From positions 1 to 64,000 of the IMG/VR virus record IMGVR_UViG_3300027763_000038: DNA of 64,000 nt. The stretch is one strand, 5' to 3'. A program made the translations under genes and the position numbers. Below the pieces are notes generated by a model. That model worked only from the letters and a program-made list of their open reading frames with translations, did not search any database and was not told the origin of the DNA. Origin of the DNA: a virus. Positions 58,245 through 64,000 of the stretch are shown piece by piece. Each line of letters starts with the position of its first letter. Position 1 is the first letter of the stretch.

Positions 58245-61200
58245 CTAAACTGATCCGTATAGAGGATTAGCTCCAGGATGATTAAGCTGATTAACTCTAG
58301 CAGTAGCTGACCATAGAGCAGTCCATCCACCACCACCACTAGCAACTATACTAAGTCTTGGGATACTACTAGTATTTCTTATTTCTGTAGATAAGCTCAT
58401 CACACTTGGCATAGTATCTCCATAGTATCTAACATTTTCATTACCAAATTTATAAAACTCAGTACCAGCCGCTGATCTATATACGCCACCCTCAATTTCA
58501 TATGTTCCAGCAAATTTTCTAGGACCCTGTGGACCACCTTGTACACCAGACTGCCACAATACTGAAACACTAATTTTATAACCCCAAACTCTATCATATT
58601 GAGCAGAGCTTAAACTATAAAAATCATTAAAATTAATACAATTATTTGAAGTTTCATCCGATATAACGCTACTTTTTGACCAATTAGTAACTAATGGATT
58701 ACCAACACCATTTGGTCCTGTTGTGCGAGTTCTTAGATAATACTGAACATATTGAGATGATCCATCATATACTCTGTTAACATCATTATGGTTAAATGAA
58801 CCACCCGCAAATGAGTGACTATTATATGTGCTGGTTACTGAAGGTTTGTAACCAAAAGCTATACCAGGACAACTTTGTGGATTACTTGTTTCTACTTGGG
58901 TTTGATATGCTTTAAGGCCGCTAGCAGTAACCCAGGCATAACCATTATACGCAACATATGCACCATCGTCTTTATCAGTAAATTGACTTCCATTAGAATT
59001 TCTTTTGGTAAAACCAAAATTAGTAATAAATGAACCATCTGCTCCTTGTGCAGTAGAGACGACATTGAGGGGGTAACTATTGCCGATAATATCAGTAGAG
59101 TATGCTGTGAACTGATTATTAATATCAAGATTGCTAAAACGAATATTTCCAGAAGCATCAGTTCTTAAATAATATCCTGATGGAGCAGTATCATTTCCCA
59201 CCTTCAATTCTGTTACCCATGCTTTACCATTTACATATAAAGCAGCTTTTGGATTATAGGTAGATAAATTAGCAGCAGGAGTATTTATAGCTACTGCTCC
59301 AGTTGGACTAATATGGAAACCTTTAAGTTCAATTAAGCCAGAATTTAAAACTGAAAACCTGTTACCTAATCCACGATTATTAAATACCGTATCTACTTGT
59401 GAATTAGAGCTTAAAATTATGTTGTAGTAACTATCATATCCATTTGTTGGAACGGTGTCTTCTGTAACATCAACGGATGCGCCCATAGCCATAACTTGCT
59501 GTGAATTAATCCAGCGAAGAGAGCTATTTCCAGTAGAATATGCAGCACTATTAGAAAATAGAAGAGTGTTGGGTCTGGTAACATAAGAAGATAATTTACC
59601 ATTATTATTAACATACAAGTAAGTTCCAGTTAAACTAACTGGCAATGTTAATCCACTATTTAAACCAATATTATGGAAATTACCAGAGTTACCACTAACA
59701 TTATAAAAGTTAATTTTATGATTAACATAATCGGTATCAAATAATACTCTAGCAAAATCTACCCCACCACTACCACGGATTCTTACTTTATATGTTGCTG
59801 CTTCATCATTTAAGAATAGTCCAGTACTATTAATATAAACTTCATTATATCCACCTAAATTAAATCCTAATTGTTTGATAGTAGGATTATATGCAATCTC
59901 AGTAATACCACTAGCTCCCTTATCTGTAACCTTGAATAACATACCTCCATTATCACCAGATAATCTAACTGGTAGCTGCCATGTTCCAACACCATTAGTG
60001 TTAGTTGTTAGTACATAAGCGTCAGGAGCAGAAAAACCTAGTTTGAAATCTGTTGTAGTGAAAAGTCCACTAACAGAAAGAGAGGACGTGGGACTATCTG
60101 TATTAATACCAACACGATTATTATTAAGATTAGCATTGATAACGCTGGTAGAATCTGAAGCAGACTTAACAATAAGGTTTTGTTGTAGTTTACCAGAATT
60201 AAAGACAATCTTATAGTTATCAAGAATCATCTTATTGCTATTATTAGTTCCTAAATATATAGTATCATCTACAACACCAGTCAAACCATAGCCGATAGCT
60301 ATATTTCTAACACCAGATACATAATTATTATATCCTAAAATTAAACCACTACTAAAAGGATATTTGTTATTGGATCCGACAACAATATTATTAGACCCGT
60401 AAACAGGATTCACCTCTGCTCCACCAGCCCCACCCATTCTTTGGTATGGCATAATAAGTCCACTAACAACAGTAGACGCAGTATTATTATCATCAAATGC
60501 GTTATTCATATAGTAATAACCATTTGTACGATCAAGAATAATTGGAGTATCAAGTGTGATATAGGTTATAGGCTCTATGGTATCTTCAACAATAGCTGTG
60601 ATAGTTCTTGTAAAAGTATTACTCACTGATGGAGGATTCTGAAAAGAAACTAATATTTTATCTCCCTGTAAATACTGGGCTAATAATCCTTTGGTTGGAA
60701 TATTAATAACAGTACCGCCAACATCCGTCATTGTACAGGTATTTCTTGTGTAACCTAGAGTATTATTACGACCATAAACAATATTATTTAAGCCGTCTAA
60801 TTTATTTGAGGTTCCAACAGCGATACCATTATTAACAACTTGATTATATCCAAGAACAATATTACCACTACCAAAAACATCCATTTTTTTATCAGCAGTA
60901 TTGAAAACAATTGATTCTTGACCAACAAGATTAATTTTGCTACCTACTGTGCCTAATTGACTTCCAACTAACGAATTAGAATTACCAACATTATAAGCGC
61001 TTGTGCTATTTTTAAGATTGTTATATGATCCTAAAGTATTGCTATTTGAACCTGATATAGCATTTTTATTACCAACTACAATATGACTATTACCAGCATA
61101 TACAACATTATTAATACCAGCAACTATAGAGTTGATAACAGTTCCGGCCGGTCTTTTACCTGATCCTGTTATAGTTCCAACAGAATCAATATAAACCCCT

Positions 61201-62612
61201 GTCTGATTGTTCAATATACCGAGAACTAAATTATTTGTACTAGCTGATGAAACAGCATTAGTGTTGCCCATAACTAAATTATTAGTAACAGATCCACTAA
61301 TATTATTAGTATTGCCTAATATAACAGATCCAGTAATATTTTCAGTAATATTGGATTGACCAATCAATAATATCTGGTCTGGAGTACCACTAGTTAAATT
61401 ATTATTAATACCAATTAAAATACTTTGTGATAAACCATCTTTTGTATTAATATTACCCATACCTAAAAATAATAGCTTATTAGAGTTAGATAGAGACATA
61501 TCATTACCGATAAAAATACCACTAGTCATAGTATTTAAAGATTGATTTGATCCTATGGAGATTAATTTTGATCCTAGAATAGAATCAGAACTACCATAAA
61601 TATTATTATTGTCTCCAGTAACAGAAACTAATGACCCAACAACATTATTAGAATTACCAATTAAATTATTCAAGTTTCCTATGTATATGTTATTGTTGCC
61701 ACTGTTGGTGGCATAGGCTCCAAAAATAATACCTGATGATCCGGTGTTTGAAGATAATTGGGTTAAACCAATACTCATATCTCCATTAAAATTATTATTA
61801 TCTCCCATCAAAATATTGTTTGATCCAGTAAGGGAGTTGGAGTTACCAATAAAAATATTGGATATGCCAGTAATGGCTACAGTATCACCCATAGCAATAT
61901 TGTTAGCTCCAACAAATTTAGAATTATTAACCAGAGCAACAATTTTAGAACCATTAATAGTATTAACACTACCAATAATTAAACCACTATTAGATAATCC
62001 ACTATTATATGCTCCGATACTTGTGATACCCACGCCGGTCACAGCATTATTACCACCAACGACAGTGTATGCATAACCAGAAACGCTATTGTTACCGCCC
62101 AACACTACATTCTTAATATTAGCCCTAAAAACGGGAGTATTGGTACCGCGATTATCAACAGTAAAAAGAATTTCGCCACTAGTATAGCCAGTGATAGGAT
62201 CTAATATCTTAGAGATAATTTGTCCATAGGCAATTTCATTATAACTAGTATCTCTACCAGCCAAATTAATAGTAGCTGGTAAACTTCCTGATAGTGGTGT
62301 TGTTTGGGGATTATGAACTAATAATAGAGTAACCCCAGTAGGACAATTTGTTACGCTTTCAACAATTAGACCATCTTTAGAGCATGGAGCAACAACATGC
62401 AGAATAGCATCTGGTACACCCGTACCAATACCTAATCGTCCAGTTGAGGCATCAAAATACATCAAGCCATTGCCGGTTCCTTTAATGCTAAAATCAATAT
62501 CTAGCTTATTAATATTAAAAGAGCTAGCGACACCAGAGGTGTTTGATAGTTTTATATCTGGTGTTGTACCAGAACCAATATTTAGTATACCGGAAATTGT
62601 TGTGTCAGCCAT
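58245..62612 (-). CDS. 1455-aa tail fibre-like protein with G-x-x-N beta-roll repeats
   Basis: GRLGIGT..P...LHV and RVGINT..P...L.V.G fibre motifs; long [IV]-G-x-x-N array (YadA-head-like); TAATG-coupled to tape measure. Confidence 0.72.
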   Translation of the reverse strand: MADTTISGILNIGSGTTPDIKLSNTSGVASSFNINKLDIDFSIKGTGNGLMYFDASTGRLGIGTGVPDAILHVVAPCSKDGLIVESVTNCPTGVTLLLVHNPQTTPLSGSLPATINLAGRDTSYNEIAYGQIISKILDPITGYTSGEILFTVDNRGTNTPVFRANIKNVVLGGNNSVSGYAYTVVGGNNAVTGVGITSIGAYNSGLSNSGLIIGSVNTINGSKIVALVNNSKFVGANNIAMGDTVAITGISNIFIGNSNSLTGSNNILMGDNNNFNGDMSIGLTQLSSNTGSSGIIFGAYATNSGNNNIYIGNLNNLIGNSNNVVGSLVSVTGDNNNIYGSSDSILGSKLISIGSNQSLNTMTSGIFIGNDMSLSNSNKLLFLGMGNINTKDGLSQSILIGINNNLTSGTPDQILLIGQSNITENITGSVILGNTNNISGSVTNNLVMGNTNAVSSASTNNLVLGILNNQTGVYIDSVGTITGSGKRPAGTVINSIVAGINNVVYAGNSHIVVGNKNAISGSNSNTLGSYNNLKNSTSAYNVGNSNSLVGSQLGTVGSKINLVGQESIVFNTADKKMDVFGSGNIVLGYNQVVNNGIAVGTSNKLDGLNNIVYGRNNTLGYTRNTCTMTDVGGTVINIPTKGLLAQYLQGDKILVSFQNPPSVSNTFTRTITAIVEDTIEPITYITLDTPIILDRTNGYYYMNNAFDDNNTASTVVSGLIMPYQRMGGAGGAEVNPVYGSNNIVVGSNNKYPFSSGLILGYNNYVSGVRNIAIGYGLTGVVDDTIYLGTNNSNKMILDNYKIVFNSGKLQQNLIVKSASDSTSVINANLNNNRVGINTDSPTSSLSVSGLFTTTDFKLGFSAPDAYVLTTNTNGVGTWQLPVRLSGDNGGMLFKVTDKGASGITEIAYNPTIKQLGFNLGGYNEVYINSTGLFLNDEAATYKVRIRGSGGVDFARVLFDTDYVNHKINFYNVSGNSGNFHNIGLNSGLTLPVSLTGTYLYVNNNGKLSSYVTRPNTLLFSNSAAYSTGNSSLRWINSQQVMAMGASVDVTEDTVPTNGYDSYYNIILSSNSQVDTVFNNRGLGNRFSVLNSGLIELKGFHISPTGAVAINTPAANLSTYNPKAALYVNGKAWVTELKVGNDTAPSGYYLRTDASGNIRFSNLDINNQFTAYSTDIIGNSYPLNVVSTAQGADGSFITNFGFTKRNSNGSQFTDKDDGAYVAYNGYAWVTASGLKAYQTQVETSNPQSCPGIAFGYKPSVTSTYNSHSFAGGSFNHNDVNRVYDGSSQYVQYYLRTRTTGPNGVGNPLVTNWSKSSVISDETSNNCINFNDFYSLSSAQYDRVWGYKISVSVLWQSGVQGGPQGPRKFAGTYEIEGGVYRSAAGTEFYKFGNENVRYYGDTMPSVMSLSTEIRNTSSIPRLSIVASGGGGWTALWSATARVNQLNHPGANPLYGSV

Positions 62613-64000
62613 TATTTTCTCCCTAAAGCGCCTTCTGTTTGATCACTAAGAGTACCCATAGCTCTACCAACTTCTGCAACAACCATGTTACTGATTGCTG
62701 TTTCACTGAGCTGCTTTAACACTTCTGCTCCATTAAATACTACTTCAACTTTATGATTACCCATAACATTAATAACTGGTGGTAAGTTTATTGCTTTTAA
62801 TTGGCCAATAAATTCTGCAAATTTTGTCGTAAACTGGCTTAATCCATCCATATTGGGTGAGGATGAGCCTCCACTATTAGATACACCACCACCAGCACCA
62901 GATTCATCAGTCATTCCACCATTAGCTAAATACTTAACGCTACCACCACGACTATATCGATTATTGTTTATAGCTTGTAATAAGGGAAGATTTTGCTGGG
63001 CTGATGCTCGGTTAACAACAAACTCGCCCGGTGTTAACATAGCAGGAACAGTATCGCTTCCCCTTGGAATATAAGGAATCATCATTCCATGGTTAGCATA
63101 AATCATTCCACCGTATTGTTTATGAGTTGGTTCGGTGGTTGGAGGTGGGGGTGTTTGTTCTGGTTTTTTCTCTCCTGCAACTGAATTACCAGAAGCTTGT
63201 GATGCTTGTCCAGACATTATTTCGGGATGTTTCTTAAATAATATTCGCCATCCAGCATCAATAGCATCGCCTTCTATTTTTGCTCTTGCTTGACCATTAA
63301 GTATATCTAAAATACTCTTACCATTAACTCCTATTTTGCTAGCTTTTGGATCACGCTTTAAAATTGTATAAGCCTGTAAAGAATTATTGTAAATTGTTGT
63401 TAAATACTTATGTCTTTGTGTGTCTATGTCATATTGTTTTTTAGCATTAGTTTTAATTTCATCAGCTGATAGTTTACCCCATACTGACCAATATTTGTCT
63501 GCTAATCCTTCAGCAGTTAATGACTCATTTATTGCATCTGCTTTTAAAGCATCAAACATTTGTGGACTAGTTTCAGCTTCATTTTTAATTTGTAAGATTA
63601 ATGAGCCAGTTTGAGTTTTAGCGAGTGATCTCTCCATAATTATTTTTTGTTTTTCTTCTTCTGTTGGCGGCTGTGATCCTTTTGGGACACTACTAGATGC
63701 ACCTGCCATATCGGCCCAACCGCCGCCTTTAGCATATATGACTCCTCCCTGAGAATAAGCTTCAGTTTTACCATTATTAATGGCTTTTAATAGAGGTAGA
63801 TTTTTTTGTGTGGCAGCTCTGTTTACTACAAATTCTCCGGGTGTCAACATTGCTGGAACAGTATCTGTTCCTTTTGGTTCATAAGGAATCAACTTGCCTG
63901 TCTGTGCATAAATTACTCCGCCAGAAGCTTTATATTCTGGTTTAAGACTCAAAGGCCCGAGCACTTTACCATTGCTATATTTAAAATCCTGCGGTAAAAT
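62612..64000 (-). CDS. Tape measure protein, C-terminal part (gene continues beyond window)
   Basis: Two G[TS]DTVPAMLTPGEFVVN motifs and YA.GG boxes typical of TMP C-termini; frame open to base 64000. Confidence 0.8.
   Translation of the reverse strand: MLPQDFKYSNGKVLGPLSLKPEYKASGGVIYAQTGKLIPYEPKGTDTVPAMLTPGEFVVNRAATQKNLPLLKAINNGKTEAYSQGGVIYAKGGGWADMAGASSSVPKGSQPPTEEEKQKIIMERSLAKTQTGSLILQIKNEAETSPQMFDALKADAINESLTAEGLADKYWSVWGKLSADEIKTNAKKQYDIDTQRHKYLTTIYNNSLQAYTILKRDPKASKIGVNGKSILDILNGQARAKIEGDAIDAGWRILFKKHPEIMSGQASQASGNSVAGEKKPEQTPPPPTTEPTHKQYGGMIYANHGMMIPYIPRGSDTVPAMLTPGEFVVNRASAQQNLPLLQAINNNRYSRGGSVKYLANGGMTDESGAGGGVSNSGGSSSPNMDGLSQFTTKFAEFIGQLKAINLPPVINVMGNHKVEVVFNGAEVLKQLSETAISNMVVAEVGRAMGTLSDQTEGALGRK

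Noticed and set aside
146-63997. Short antisense or alternate-frame ORFs in the track (e.g. 682-945, 8318-8629, 43443-43991, 61744-62076)
   Set aside because: They lie wholly or almost wholly within longer, motif-supported genes, lack SDs and have shadow-ORF composition.
1-64000. tRNA/rRNA genes; eukaryotic giant-virus or cellular origin
   Set aside because: No cloverleaf or rRNA-like sequence seen in the few gaps. SD sites, sigma70 promoters, coupled operons, DnaE/DnaB/DnaG and a tape measure indicate a bacteriophage despite the GT90 and papain-like genes.

Overview
AT-rich, densely coding segment of a large tailed dsDNA phage (jumbo-like, probably environmental; weak hints of a Planctomycetota/PVC host). 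The + strand (1-42791) carries, in order: (i) a membrane/envelope module with two papain-like (C1) peptidase paralogues and repeat-rich large proteins; (ii) dCMP deaminase, a five-gene glycosyltransferase cluster and UDP-galactopyranose mutase; (iii) class II ribonucleotide reductase, PhoH and an HNH nuclease; (iv) a bacterial-type replisome/recombination block (RecA, DnaB, DnaG, dNMP kinase, Cas4/RecB-like nuclease, fragmented DnaE, DnaQ-like exonuclease, SSB); (v) a second, partly degenerate glycosyltransferase cluster, a putative homing endonuclease and an annealing-type protein. The - strand (42775-64000) holds the end of the tail module: tape-measure C-terminus, a fibre-like protein and very large Cys-rich proteins. 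The most striking signal is at the 5' end of dnaE. The conserved PHP motif LHVHSxYSLLDG is interrupted by exactly 10 nt (TAGGTGGGCT) that begin with a stop codon and contain an SD-like AGGTG, and this lies immediately after a long stem-loop. That suggests programmed ribosomal bypassing, or a 14-aa trans-acting fragment, in a polymerase that is also split a second time without an intein. All annotations come from motif recognition by eye; no database searches were run.
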